From positions 1 to 59,350 of the forward strand of contig JAHEKC010000007.1 of the NCBI GenBank assembly GCA_024638565.1: a DNA stretch of 59,350 bases. The letters run 5' to 3'. The translations under genes were made by a program, and so were the position numbers. Of this stretch, positions 1 through 10,138 are shown one piece after another. Below the pieces are notes generated by a model, which worked only from the letters and a program-made list of their open reading frames with translations, ran no database searches and had not been told where the DNA came from. Every line of letters begins with the position of its first letter. Within the stretch, counting starts at the first letter, position 1. This stretch comes from Bacteroidota bacterium (GTDB taxonomy: Bacteria; Bacteroidota; Bacteroidia; AKYH767-A; OLB10).

Positions 1-174
1 GAACACGAACATGCTGTAGTAATAACTCCTTGCGGTATCCCACTCGAGTGCATTGAGAACAAAAACGCCGGCCATTGCGAAAACCACGAGCCCGAAAATG
101 TTTTTCCGGATCCGGAATATTTCCGTCAGCAAAGCAAGGACGCCTATTCCCGTTATGCACACCAGCGTAATCAT
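1..174 (-). CDS. nuoN: NADH-quinone oxidoreductase subunit N, 5' part (truncated by window edge)
   Basis: ATG at 174-172 overlaps the nuoM TGA (ATGA). Open hydrophobic frame MITLVCITGIGVLALLTEIFRIRKN... runs to position 1. Follows nuoM in canonical order. Confidence 0.85.
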   Translation of the reverse strand, partial: MITLVCITGIGVLALLTEIFRIRKNIFGLVVFAMAGVFVLNALEWDTARSYYYSMFVF

Positions 175-1625
175 CCCTTTGACAGCATTAAAAGGTTAGA
201 GATTGCCGGCTCGGTGACAGAAGTTATGCATGAAGGCCAGATACCTGTAATCAGCACGAGCGCCGCCACGATAACCAGCAGGGCTTTTTCGTTAAGATGC
301 AGCGGGGTGAAGTCATTATTGGCCTCCCGGTCTTCACCCAGCATGATTGCCTTGTACGCGCGAAGCATGTATACGGCACCCAGGATAACGGTAGTTCCTG
401 CAAACAGCGCGGTCCAAGGGCCGTATTGGAATATGCCGTTCAGCAGCAGGAACTCTCCCACAAACCCGTTGGTCAGTGGCAGCGCGATACTTCCCAGCAA
501 AACGATCATGAAACAAACGGAAAAGATCTTTTCACGATGCGCCAGCCCGCCAAGCTTTGCCATCTCACGCGTGCGCATCCGATGCATAAGCATATCGGCA
601 ATGAAGAACAACCCGATGGCATTAATTCCATGCGCCACCATCTGTACCACCCCTCCCTGCAGCCCTTCTGGCGTTCGGGTAAGGATGCCCGCGCTGATAA
701 GTCCTACATGTGCGATGGAGCTGTAGGCAATCAGGCGCTTGAAATCTGCCTGCATCAGTGCGATACAGCTTGCGTAAACGATACCTGCCACAGCACCCAT
801 CATGGCCAGGTGCCCCCATTCATCGAGTGCTGCCGGAACAACAGGGATAAGCCAGCGGATCAGCCCGTAAATACCCATCTTGAGCATGATGCCGCTCAGC
901 AGCATCGTTCCTGGCGTGGGGGCGTCCGTATAGGTGTCAGGCTGCCAGGTGTGCAGCGGAAACAACGGTATCTTAACGGCAAAACCCGCCAGGAGCATCC
1001 AGAATACGAGGGCCTGACGCCCGGGTTCGAGTTCCAGCGCATAAAATGCATCCAGGTCGAAGGTATGCGGTGCGGGTGTTTGCAGGTACAGGAAAATCAA
1101 TGCAAAAAGCATGCACAGGCTTCCTGTCAGCGTATAAATGAAAAACTTCAGGGTAATCCGCGGACTGTCCTCGCCACCCCAAACCAGACAAATAAACCAA
1201 ATGGGAATCAGGGCCAGTTCCCAGAAGATGTAAAACAGGAATCCGTCCTGTGCGGTAAACACGCCGTTCAGTGCGAACTGCATGAACAGGATCAGGCTGT
1301 AAAATGCTTTCGGCCTGGTAATGTCCCTGTTAAAAGATGAAAGGATAATCAGCGGCACCAGCAAGTTGGTCAGCTGTACCAGTATAAAGCTGATCCCGTC
1401 CATTCCCACTTTGAAATGGACCCCAAGCGATGAAATCCACGGGACGTCCACCAGGAATTGTACGGCGCCGTTCTGCCGGATTTCGAAAAACATATGCGCG
1501 GAAAAAAGGAAGGAAACCGCCGATAAAACCATGGCAGTGAACCTGACACGTGCATTTGATGAAACCAGGCACGCTGCCGACGCAAGCAACTGGAATCCGA
1601 GCAGGTATATAAGATCAAGCGACAT
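171..1625 (-). CDS. nuoM: NADH-quinone oxidoreductase subunit M
   Basis: 484 aa polytopic protein with FYIFWE, KIPLFPLHTWQPDTY, LIAYSSIAHVG and LPLTNGFVGE motifs; operon position. Confidence 0.97.
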   Translation of the reverse strand: MSLDLIYLLGFQLLASAACLVSSNARVRFTAMVLSAVSFLFSAHMFFEIRQNGAVQFLVDVPWISSLGVHFKVGMDGISFILVQLTNLLVPLIILSSFNRDITRPKAFYSLILFMQFALNGVFTAQDGFLFYIFWELALIPIWFICLVWGGEDSPRITLKFFIYTLTGSLCMLFALIFLYLQTPAPHTFDLDAFYALELEPGRQALVFWMLLAGFAVKIPLFPLHTWQPDTYTDAPTPGTMLLSGIMLKMGIYGLIRWLIPVVPAALDEWGHLAMMGAVAGIVYASCIALMQADFKRLIAYSSIAHVGLISAGILTRTPEGLQGGVVQMVAHGINAIGLFFIADMLMHRMRTREMAKLGGLAHREKIFSVCFMIVLLGSIALPLTNGFVGEFLLLNGIFQYGPWTALFAGTTVILGAVYMLRAYKAIMLGEDREANNDFTPLHLNEKALLVIVAALVLITGIWPSCITSVTEPAISNLLMLSKG

Positions 1626-1638
1626 CCTGTTCCTGAGT

Positions 1639-3507
1639 TTACAGCAGCATTGAAACTATTAGCAGAAAGACCACGCCCGCGGCTGTGCCCAGCACATAAA
1701 CGCCAATGTTGCCCTGCTGGATCAACCGTAACCTGCCGCTGGCGGATCGAATGATCCGGGGTATGGCATTGACCACCGCATCCAGGATATAACGGTCAAA
1801 TACTGCAAACAGCGCTGACAATCCCCTGAGCGGAGCGGTGATCATCGAATGATACAGCTCGTCAATAAAATATTTGCGTGATAATATGCGTCCAAGTCCG
1901 CGTTCCTCACCAGGCTCAAGCGGAATCCGGCTGCGGGTGACATACATGTACCGGGTTATGAAGATAACAGCAACCAGCACGATGACAGATATGCCGGCCA
2001 GCGCATATTCGAATGAATGGCTCACCACATGTGCGGCAGGCATGGCGATCACCGGCTCGAGAAAGCTTTTCAGGCCATGAGGCAGGTGCAGGTACGAGGG
2101 AGCGCCTATAAAACCACCGACAGCTGCAAGCAGCGCAAGCACCACCAGAGGCAGGGTCATGACGGAAGGAGATTCATGCGCATGCTTGTCCCCGCGGTAC
2201 GCGCCGTGAAAGGTGAGCCAATACAGCCTGAACATATACACGGCCGTCAGCACCGAGGCAAAAGCAAGCGCAACAAATACCATGGCAGCATGCGACCAGC
2301 CCATGGCCAGGATCTCGTCCTTGGAAAAGAATCCGGCCAACGGTGGGATTCCGCTGATGGACAACGTGCCAACCAGGAAGGTCGCATGGGTACGTGGCAT
2401 GTGCCTGCGCAACCCGCCCATCTGCCGGATATCCTGTTCCCCGTCCAGCCCGTGTATGACACTTCCGGCCCCCAGGAAAAGCAATGCCTTGAAGAAAGCA
2501 TGTGTGACCAGGTGAAAGACCGCAGCTGTATATGCGCCCATCCCCGCGGCAACGAACATGAAGCCAAGCTGTGAAATGGTGGAATACGCCAGGACCTTCT
2601 TGATGTCATTCTGCCGCAGCGCGATGGTTGCAGCCAGAAGTGCCGTGGCGAGCCCAATGGCCAGGACGGCAGTGGCAGCGGGTTCCGCAAGGGTGTAAAT
2701 GACATTTGACCGGACAATCATGTATACGCCTGCCGTCACCATCGTCGCCGCGTGAATGAGTGCGGACACAGGTGTGGGTCCGGCCATGGCATCCGGCAGC
2801 CAGGTGTGCAGCGGGATCTGTGCACTTTTTCCAATCGCACCCACGAACAGCAAAAGGGCAATCCCGACCAGGGCAGGGTCGCCGGCGGGCATAAGCCTGG
2901 CAGACTCAAATACCGTCTGATAATCGAGCGATCCGAACTGTCGGTAGATAAGAAACATACCAAGCAGGAAACCGAGGTCCCCTATCCTGTTCATGACAAA
3001 TGCCTTCCTGGCCGCTTCGTTGAATTCATGGTTCCTGAACCAGAAACCGATCAGCAGGAACGAGCACAGCCCTACCCCCTCCCAGCCGGCGAACATGACC
3101 ACGAAATTATCACCCATGACCAGCAACAGCATGAAGAACACGAACAGGTTCATATATGCCATGAACCTGGGATAGGCTTCATCGGCCTTCATGTAACCGA
3201 TCGAATACACATGAATGAGGAACCCGACGCCGGTGACCACGAGCAGCATGACGGATGAAAGAGGGTCCAGCAGGAAAGACAGGTCGATATGTAGTGATCC
3301 TGCATGAATCCAGCTGAACGCGTGTACAGTCACAGATTCCTGTCCTGCTGATAGCTCCAGGAAAAGTTTTACGGACAACGCGAAGGAAACCAAGAGGCTG
3401 CCGCATGACACCCAGCTGACCACACGACCCGGCATCCGGGGTCCTATGGTGCCGTTCAGGGCAAAACCCAGCAGCGGCAGCAATGGTATAAGCAGGTAAG
3501 GATTCAT
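1639..3507 (-). CDS. nuoL: NADH-quinone oxidoreductase subunit L
   Basis: GKSAQIPLHTWLPDAMAGPTPVSALIHAATMV, KKVLAYSTISQLG and HAFFKALLFL motifs. Confidence 0.98.
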   Translation of the reverse strand: MNPYLLIPLLPLLGFALNGTIGPRMPGRVVSWVSCGSLLVSFALSVKLFLELSAGQESVTVHAFSWIHAGSLHIDLSFLLDPLSSVMLLVVTGVGFLIHVYSIGYMKADEAYPRFMAYMNLFVFFMLLLVMGDNFVVMFAGWEGVGLCSFLLIGFWFRNHEFNEAARKAFVMNRIGDLGFLLGMFLIYRQFGSLDYQTVFESARLMPAGDPALVGIALLLFVGAIGKSAQIPLHTWLPDAMAGPTPVSALIHAATMVTAGVYMIVRSNVIYTLAEPAATAVLAIGLATALLAATIALRQNDIKKVLAYSTISQLGFMFVAAGMGAYTAAVFHLVTHAFFKALLFLGAGSVIHGLDGEQDIRQMGGLRRHMPRTHATFLVGTLSISGIPPLAGFFSKDEILAMGWSHAAMVFVALAFASVLTAVYMFRLYWLTFHGAYRGDKHAHESPSVMTLPLVVLALLAAVGGFIGAPSYLHLPHGLKSFLEPVIAMPAAHVVSHSFEYALAGISVIVLVAVIFITRYMYVTRSRIPLEPGEERGLGRILSRKYFIDELYHSMITAPLRGLSALFAVFDRYILDAVVNAIPRIIRSASGRLRLIQQGNIGVYVLGTAAGVVFLLIVSMLL

Positions 3508-3546
3508 TTTTCGTATCGGCTCACGGGAAGTCCGCGGACTGGCGCT

Positions 3547-3858
3547 TTACCACCTGATTCTGTTTAACCGGTTAATATCAACTGACCGGACGTTCCTGTA
3601 AATCATGACAAGGATGGCCAGCCCGACCGCCACTTCGGCAGCGGCCACCGCCATGATAAAGAATACGAATACCTGACCTCCCGCCTCATTATGCATGGCT
3701 GAAAAAGTTACCAGCAGCAGGTTTACGGCATTCAGCATCAATTCTATGCACATAAATACAATAATGGCATTGCGCCGGATCAATACCCCCAGCACCCCGA
3801 TCGTAAACAGGATCGTTGCGAGAATGATATAATGATTTACCAGCAGGCTTTGCATCAT
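3547..3858 (-). CDS. nuoK: NADH-quinone oxidoreductase subunit K
   Basis: 103 aa; IELMLNAVN and [10 protein letters not shown] motifs. Confidence 0.97.
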   Translation of the reverse strand: MMQSLLVNHYIILATILFTIGVLGVLIRRNAIIVFMCIELMLNAVNLLLVTFSAMHNEAGGQVFVFFIMAVAAAEVAVGLAILVMIYRNVRSVDINRLNRIRW

Positions 3859-3862
3859 CGTT

Positions 3863-4363
3863 TCAACTATGAGTTGCTTCCTTACGTCCCAGTTTCACGG
3901 CTCCGACCATGGCGGTCAGGAACAGCAGCGCCGACACCTCGAAAGGCATCATGTACTCGTTATAAAGTTTCAATCCCACATGCCTCACCAGTCCCACACC
4001 TGATGCACTGGTATCCAGGATGACGGGCTCCGCACTCTTCACCGCCGCCAGTAAAACCAGAAACAGCAGACCGGCGGTTGAAACCGCTGCTACCCTTGCG
4101 ATGACTGATTTCCTTGGTTCCGATTCCAGGTTCAGGTTCAGCAGCATGATAACGAACAGGAACAATACCATGATGGCCCCTGCATATACAATGATGTGCA
4201 CAGCGAACAGGAATTGGGCGTTCAGCATCAGGTAATGCCCGGCAATCGTAAAGAAACAGGCAATAAGGTAAAGTACCGAATGGACGGGCTTCCGTGCCAC
4301 TACGACCATGAGGGCGCAGAACACAGAAAGCATGGCCAGGATATAAAATATGGGCAGCGTCAT
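3863..4363 (-). CDS. nuoJ: NADH-quinone oxidoreductase subunit J
   Basis: [17 protein letters not shown] and PFEVSALL motifs. Confidence 0.96.
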   Translation of the reverse strand: MTLPIFYILAMLSVFCALMVVVARKPVHSVLYLIACFFTIAGHYLMLNAQFLFAVHIIVYAGAIMVLFLFVIMLLNLNLESEPRKSVIARVAAVSTAGLLFLVLLAAVKSAEPVILDTSASGVGLVRHVGLKLYNEYMMPFEVSALLFLTAMVGAVKLGRKEATHS

Positions 4364-4466
4364 AAAAGCAAGTCAGCGGATTGCCCGCAAACCGGGCAAG
4401 GAAGCAGTTGTGTTCGTTTCAGGTTCGGTGTCAAGCCGCAATGGATGCGAAATTATAAATTCAACC

Positions 4467-5021
4467 CTAAGCTGGCGGGTCCTCTTTCCGGTGCGCCTGC
4501 CCCCGCTGGCTGATATCGATCCGCTTCCCGGGCTCCACTCCTTCCGTAAGCTTATCCTTGCCGAAAATAAAGTTCTCCCTGACCATATCCGAGGGGACAA
4601 TGCGGTCCGTGAGGAATATTGCCTCCTTGGGACAGGCTTCCTCGCACAGCCCACAGAATATGCACCGCAGCATATTGATCTCGTAAACCGATGCATACTT
4701 CTCCTCCCTGTATAGGTGCTCTTCCCCTTTTTTTCGTTCTTCGGCTGTCATGGTGATGGCTTCGGCAGGACATGCCACGGCACACAAACCGCAGGCCGTA
4801 CAGTTTTCCCTGCCCTGTTCATCCCGCTTCAGCACATGCCACCCGCGCCAAACCGCGGCAACAGGCCTTTTCTGTTCAGGGTACTTAATGGAAACCTTGC
4901 GCTTAAAAAAATGCCGTATAGTAATGGATAGTCCGTGCAGGATAGCTGGCAGGTACAGCCTTTCCACCCAGGTCATCTTCTTGTTGACCACCACTTGTCT
5001 CCTGTTCGTTAGCGCTTGCAT
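4467..5021 (-). CDS. nuoI: NADH-quinone oxidoreductase subunit I
   Basis: Two 4Fe-4S motifs (CTACGLCAVACP, CIFCGLCEEACP) and YPEQK. Confidence 0.97.
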   Translation of the reverse strand: MQALTNRRQVVVNKKMTWVERLYLPAILHGLSITIRHFFKRKVSIKYPEQKRPVAAVWRGWHVLKRDEQGRENCTACGLCAVACPAEAITMTAEERKKGEEHLYREEKYASVYEINMLRCIFCGLCEEACPKEAIFLTDRIVPSDMVRENFIFGKDKLTEGVEPGKRIDISQRGQAHRKEDPPA

Positions 5022-5043
5022 GATTAATATTTTCTTGTCCCTG

Positions 5044-6078
5044 TCAGAATAAATCGTTGCGCCAAAGGATTACGATGCCCGTGACCAGGACATTGATAAT
5101 GGCTACAGGTATCAGGACCTTCCAGCCGAGGTTCATTAGCTGGTCATACCTGAACCGCGGTATGGTCCACCTGACCCACATGAACAGAAATATGAAAAAC
5201 GATGTTTTGGCGAAGAAGATCAGCACGCCGAGGATCGTTTGCACATTATGCGAGAGGCCCAGGCTGTCAATAAACGGAAAATTATACCCGCCAAAATACA
5301 GGGCGGCAATGATGGCAGAGGAAATAAACATGGCGATATACTCGGCAAACAGATAAAAGCCGAGCTTCATCGATGAATATTCGGTATGGTATCCACCCAC
5401 GAGTTCGGTTTCGCATTCCGCCAAATCGAAAGGCGTGCGATTGCACTCGGCAAAGGCGCATATGATAAACAGCAGGCATCCGAGCGGCTGGTAAAAGGCA
5501 TTCCACTGAAGGCCCGCCTGTTGTTCCACGATTTCCCTGACGCTAAGTGTGCCGGCCGCCATCACCAGGGCAATGATCGACAGGCCCATGGCCAGCTCGT
5601 AGCTGACCATCTGTGCCGAGGCACGCAGCGAACCCAGGAGAGAATACTTGTTGTTGGAAGCCCAGCCGCCTATCATTATTCCGTAAACGCCAATGGATAC
5701 GACTCCGAAAACATACAGCAAACCCACGTTCACATCAGTGATCAGCAGTTCGTATTCCCGTCCGTTGATGACAAGGCTTTCTCCCCAGGGAATCACCACC
5801 CCGGTCATGCAGGCAGTAAGCATCATGATGCAGGGCCCGAGAATGAACAGCGCCTTGTCTGATTTGGCAGGGATGATCTCTTCTTTCATGAACATCTTCA
5901 CCCCGTCAGCCAGCGGTTGAAGGATCCCGAAAGGGCCGGCCCGGTTGGGGCCGATGCGGTCCTGGAGAAAAGCCGCCACCTTCCGTTCAGCATAGGTGGA
6001 ATACATCGCCACCAGAAGCGATATCCCGAATATCGCCACCACGAAAACCATTTTGAATATCAGCTCACCCGAATCCAT
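5044..6078 (-). CDS. nuoH: NADH-quinone oxidoreductase subunit H
   Basis: ERKVAAFLQDRIGPNRAGPFGILQPLADGVK, NRTPFDLAECE and PRFRYDQLM. Start moved to MDSGE (6078), downstream of the -7 promoter. Confidence 0.97.
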   Translation of the reverse strand: MDSGELIFKMVFVVAIFGISLLVAMYSTYAERKVAAFLQDRIGPNRAGPFGILQPLADGVKMFMKEEIIPAKSDKALFILGPCIMMLTACMTGVVIPWGESLVINGREYELLITDVNVGLLYVFGVVSIGVYGIMIGGWASNNKYSLLGSLRASAQMVSYELAMGLSIIALVMAAGTLSVREIVEQQAGLQWNAFYQPLGCLLFIICAFAECNRTPFDLAECETELVGGYHTEYSSMKLGFYLFAEYIAMFISSAIIAALYFGGYNFPFIDSLGLSHNVQTILGVLIFFAKTSFFIFLFMWVRWTIPRFRYDQLMNLGWKVLIPVAIINVLVTGIVILWRNDLF

Positions 6079-6103
6079 GAAAATGCCCCACGGCAGGGCG
6101 TCG

Positions 6104-6111
6104 CAAAGGTA
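6104..6111 (-). promoter_or_regulatory. Bacteroidota sigma-A -7 element driving nuoH-N
   Basis: TACCTTTG on the minus strand matches TAnnTTTG, 25 nt upstream of the nuoH ATG. Confidence 0.65.
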
Positions 6112-6149
6112 ATGCAAATCGAATGTTCAGGCTCATTTGTTACATTTAT

Positions 6150-6157
6150 TATTTTTG
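6150..6157 (+). promoter_or_regulatory. Bacteroidota -7 element for the T9SS cargo gene
   Basis: TATTTTTG matches TAnnTTTG, 25 nt upstream of ATG 6183. Confidence 0.6.
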
Positions 6158-6182
6158 CAAAAAACCTGCCAACCAAAGATTT

Positions 6183-7040
6183 ATGAAAAAAGCACTCCTT
6201 GCCTGCCTCGCCTGTGCCACCATGCCGGCGACATCCGTATTCGCACAAAATCCGGTGCCTAATTCCAGCTTCGAAAATTGGACGAGTGGCGAGCCGGACG
6301 ACTGGTTTACCTCCAACGTCCCGGGATTCGCCACCAATGTCATCCAAACCACGCCTGCATACAGCGGAAACCTCGCTGCAAGGGGTGATGTTATCAATTC
6401 ACCGGCTGGCGCATACCCCCCCAGCCTGTTTTCAACGGATATCAATGGAAATGGCTTCCCGGTTTCCCAGTCATACGGTGCCGTTGAATTCTATTATAAA
6501 TTTACCAAAGCGGCCACCGCGAGTTTCCTTATGGTTTCCTCGTTAATAGACGCGAATTTGCAGGGTGTAGCCGCCTCCCTTTTCTCCACCACCACGGCAA
6601 CCAGTTCATTCACACTGGCAACAGCTCCATTCCTTTATGTAGGCGCCAACCCTGATCAGTGTGTGATCCAGTTCACGATAATTGACTCCCTATCCGGGGG
6701 GCCGGTTGCGGGCAATTCATTCGTGGTGGACGAGGTCTCCCTAACCGGTACCGTTAGCATCTCCGAACAACGGGGGCCGGTATTCATGATCGAAAAGATC
6801 ACACCCAACCCTGCCTCGGGACAGGCCACCGTTTATTACGGCACCACCCTGCAGGGAAATGTGGAGTTCCAGGTCATGGATTTGCATGGAAGGATCATCC
6901 AACGGTTCGGGGTCCCGGCCGAAATCCCCGGAAGGCATAAATTGGATGTTGATGTAACGGGCCTTGCCCCGGGTGTATACCTGGTTCGCATGCAGTCAGC
7001 CGAGGGAAGCGCCGTGCTGCGGATGGGTGTGACGAGGTAA
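6183..7040 (+). CDS. Secreted T9SS type-A CTD protein with an N-terminal CBM-like/jelly-roll domain
   Basis: Signal peptide MKKALL...VFA-Q; VPNSSFENW start typical of CBM-like domains; C-terminal PNPA...DLHGR...LAPGVYLVR T9SS CTD. Confidence 0.85.
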   Translation: MKKALLACLACATMPATSVFAQNPVPNSSFENWTSGEPDDWFTSNVPGFATNVIQTTPAYSGNLAARGDVINSPAGAYPPSLFSTDINGNGFPVSQSYGAVEFYYKFTKAATASFLMVSSLIDANLQGVAASLFSTTTATSSFTLATAPFLYVGANPDQCVIQFTIIDSLSGGPVAGNSFVVDEVSLTGTVSISEQRGPVFMIEKITPNPASGQATVYYGTTLQGNVEFQVMDLHGRIIQRFGVPAEIPGRHKLDVDVTGLAPGVYLVRMQSAEGSAVLRMGVTR

Positions 7041-7194
7041 CAGGTAAGGGGTTTGGTCAAAGCAGGAAGGATAGGGAAACTTTGGCTGCTGCCCAGCAAC
7101 TCGTGGATGAGCCGTTAGCCAATCACGAATCACCGGTCCTTCCGGCCGGCATGGCTCTTGCAAAGCGGCCACGCAAAGGCGATGCATACGGGGG

Positions 7195-8193
7195 TCACTC
7201 ATTATGCGCCTTCTCCGACAATTTCTTTTGTCTCGAAATGTCAATCTTGAGCTGTTTCAGCGTCTCGTAGTGGTTCTGTGAGATCACGGAATGGCGGTCG
7301 ATGTGTCTTGGACCCTCGATGGTCCAGTCGGCCTCGTTCTTCTTGTCGAACCTGCATGTATTGCAGATCCAGCCCGTCCGGCCCTCTGCATCCTTCTCCA
7401 GTTCACCGTAGGCATCCTTCCGCCCGGTAACGCGCAGGACTTCATCTCCGCTGAGCCAAAGGGCGACACGGCCGCAGCACGTTTCGCAGGTACGATGCGC
7501 ATTCACGGGTTTTGTGAACCACACCCGCGACTTGAAACGGAAGGTCCTGTCGGTTAGTGCTCCAACCGGACAAACGTCTATCATGTTCCCGCTCATCTCG
7601 TTATCGACGGCATTTTCGATGTAGGTGGAAATCTCTGCCACGTCGCCCCGGTTGATCACCCCGTGCACACGGCCGGGGCAGAGCTGGTCGGCCACCTTTA
7701 CACAGCGGTAGCAAAGAATACACCGCGTCATGTGAAGTTTGATCTTGTCTCCAATGTCGATTTTTTCAAATTCACGCCGCTTGAATTCATAACGGGACTT
7801 GGACAAGCCATGTTCGTAACTCAGGTCCTGTAAGTGGCATTCCCCGGCCTGGTCGCAAACGGGGCAATCCAGCGGATGATTGATCAACAGGAACTCCACC
7901 ACACCTGCCCTCGCTTCCAGCAGCTTCGGGGAAGTGGTGTTCTTCACTTCCATGCCGTCCATCACAACCTGCCTGCAGGAGGGCACCGGCTTCGGCATCG
8001 GACGCGGATCCTTTTCGGAACCCTTGCTGACTTCCACTATACAGGTTCTGCAGTATCCACCGCTCGTCTCCAGGCCGGAGTAATAACACATGGCCGGGGG
8101 TACCGCTTCACCACCGATCATCCTGGCAGCCTGGAGGATGGTGGTGCCTTCTTCCACTTCTAAAGTATGTCCGTCTATGGTGACTTTTGGCAT
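7195..8193 (-). CDS. nuoG: NADH-quinone oxidoreductase subunit G, short form (Fe-S domain only)
   Basis: CYY...CRTC...SC, HPLDCPVCDQAGEC and CILCYRC...CPVGAL motifs; about 332 aa. Start at MPKVTIDG (or GTG 8211). Confidence 0.93.
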   Translation of the reverse strand: MPKVTIDGHTLEVEEGTTILQAARMIGGEAVPPAMCYYSGLETSGGYCRTCIVEVSKGSEKDPRPMPKPVPSCRQVVMDGMEVKNTTSPKLLEARAGVVEFLLINHPLDCPVCDQAGECHLQDLSYEHGLSKSRYEFKRREFEKIDIGDKIKLHMTRCILCYRCVKVADQLCPGRVHGVINRGDVAEISTYIENAVDNEMSGNMIDVCPVGALTDRTFRFKSRVWFTKPVNAHRTCETCCGRVALWLSGDEVLRVTGRKDAYGELEKDAEGRTGWICNTCRFDKKNEADWTIEGPRHIDRHSVISQNHYETLKQLKIDISRQKKLSEKAHNE

Positions 8194-8207
8194 TTCGTTG
8201 CTTTTTA

Positions 8208-9518
8208 TCACACCTGGCCTGCAGGCTCAGTTATTTGGCTGGTCAGTTCCTCGAATTCCGCTCTGAAATGACGGATGGCAGCGGCCACGGGCCATGCGGC
8301 GGCTTCCCCGAGGGGGCAGATGGTCTTGCCTTCAATATTCTTCTGGATATCCCAGAGCAGATCGATGTCTGCACGGGTACCTTTTCCCGCAAGAATCTTG
8401 TGCAGGACCTTTTCCATCCATCCGGTTCCTTCGCGGCAGGGTGAACACTGACCGCAACTCTCATGATGGTAGAACCGGGTGAAGTTCCAGAGGTTTTTCA
8501 CGATACTCGTATCCTCATCCATGACGATGAAACCGCCTGATCCAAGCATCGTGCCTGTTTCGAAGCCGCCATCGCTGAGGGATTCATAGGTCATCAGGCG
8601 CGGTTCCCCGGCAGCGGTCTTCAGGATAAGCTCAGCAGGAAGCACGGGAACCGACGAGCCACCCGCTACCACTGCTTTTAACTTCTTCCCTTTCGTGATA
8701 CCACCGCACCACTGTTCGGAATAAATGAATTCCTCTACCGGCAGCCCCAGTTCGATCTCGTATACGCCGGGATTGTTGATATGACCGGATGCCGAAATGA
8801 GCTTGGTGCCTGTTGACCTGCCGATGCCGATCCTGGCATAGGCGTCGCCGCCATCCCTGACGATGGGCACCACGGCGCTGATCGTTTCCACGTTGTTGAC
8901 CACGGTGGGACATCCCCACAGCCCCTTGACCGCCGGGAAGGGAGGTTTGATTCTCGGGTTGCCACGCTTGCCTTCCAGCGATTCCAGTAAGGCAGTTTCC
9001 TCCCCGCATATATATGCCCCGGCGCCGCAATGCACATGAAGATCCAGGGAGAATCCTGAACCCATGATATTACTGCCCAACAGGTTATTGGCATAGGCCT
9101 CATCTATGGCTGCCTGCAGGATATGATAGACATACATCATCTCCCCGCGTATGTATATATAAGAGGTCTCCGCACCCAGCGCAAAGCTGGATATGGCCAT
9201 GCCTTCGATCAACAGGTGAGGGATATGTTCCATCAGGTACCTGTCCTTGAAGGTACCCGGCTCACTCTCATCCGCATTGCACACCAGGTACCTGGGCACC
9301 CCTTCAGGCTTGGCAAGGAAACCCCATTTCATGCCCGTGGGAAATCCGGCACCGCCGCGACCGCGCAATCCAGACTTCTTCACCTCCCCGGTGATGTCGT
9401 CCGGCTTCAGCGTCCGAAGGGCCTTTTCAAGCGTCTGGTACCCGCCATGAGACCGGTACCCTTCCAGGTTACGGATGCCTGGCTTATCTAAATGTTCGAA
9501 CAGCAGCTTGACTGACAT
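8208..9518 (-). CDS. nuoF: NADH-quinone oxidoreductase subunit F
   Basis: GLRGRGGAGFPTG, NADESEPGTFKDR, GAYICGEETAL and ESCGQCSPCREG. Confidence 0.98.
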   Translation of the reverse strand: MSVKLLFEHLDKPGIRNLEGYRSHGGYQTLEKALRTLKPDDITGEVKKSGLRGRGGAGFPTGMKWGFLAKPEGVPRYLVCNADESEPGTFKDRYLMEHIPHLLIEGMAISSFALGAETSYIYIRGEMMYVYHILQAAIDEAYANNLLGSNIMGSGFSLDLHVHCGAGAYICGEETALLESLEGKRGNPRIKPPFPAVKGLWGCPTVVNNVETISAVVPIVRDGGDAYARIGIGRSTGTKLISASGHINNPGVYEIELGLPVEEFIYSEQWCGGITKGKKLKAVVAGGSSVPVLPAELILKTAAGEPRLMTYESLSDGGFETGTMLGSGGFIVMDEDTSIVKNLWNFTRFYHHESCGQCSPCREGTGWMEKVLHKILAGKGTRADIDLLWDIQKNIEGKTICPLGEAAAWPVAAAIRHFRAEFEELTSQITEPAGQV

Positions 9519-9532
9519 AGGAGTTCGTGTAT

Positions 9533-10078
9533 TCAGGCTTTATCGTTTTGTATGCGTTTCACGGACCAGTGGGTCACCCGTTCGCCATTTTCCCTGCAGG
9601 CGTCCAGGATTTCACCGCACTTTTCATCCGTAAGCCGTTCATGGTATTTCTCCCCGATTTGCATCATGGGTGCGGTGCCGCATGAAGCCAGGCACTCAAC
9701 GGTTTTGAGTGTAAACATGCCATCGGGCGAAGTTTCACCGGGTTTAATGCCGATTTTCTTTTCAATGTACGATAGTAAACCGTCGGAACCTGACAACCAG
9801 CACGGCCCTGTATGGCAAACTTCAATCAGGCACTTGCCCACTGGCTTCAGGTTGAACATCGAGTAAAAAGAAGCTACTTCATAAACCTCGATGGTCTGCA
9901 TCCTGAGCAGGCCGGCCACGTAATCCATTACCGGCACCGGCAGCCACCCGTCAAATTCAGCCTGTGCAATATGGAGTACAGGGAGAATGGCGGATTTCTG
10001 CTTGCCCTCAGGGTACCGTGAAGTGATCCGGTTTACCAGTTGAAGCGCGTCATCGGAGAACCTGACTTCCTTATCCAT
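9533..10078 (-). CDS. nuoE: NADH-quinone oxidoreductase subunit E
   Basis: EVASFYSMF; 2Fe-2S ligands CHTGPC and ECLASC. Confidence 0.96.
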   Translation of the reverse strand: MDKEVRFSDDALQLVNRITSRYPEGKQKSAILPVLHIAQAEFDGWLPVPVMDYVAGLLRMQTIEVYEVASFYSMFNLKPVGKCLIEVCHTGPCWLSGSDGLLSYIEKKIGIKPGETSPDGMFTLKTVECLASCGTAPMMQIGEKYHERLTDEKCGEILDACRENGERVTHWSVKRIQNDKA

Positions 10079-10138
10079 TCGCTAATCGTTATTCATTTTT
10101 CGTTATTCGGTCAAATGCCTGAAACTGTCAATTTTTCT

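Noticed and set aside
297-1340. 347-aa plus-strand ORF and many other long antisense ORFs (e.g. 43740-44531, 46649-47413, 53975-54847)
   Set aside because: They lie opposite well-supported genes and have no recognisable motifs; expected shadows of GC-rich codon usage.
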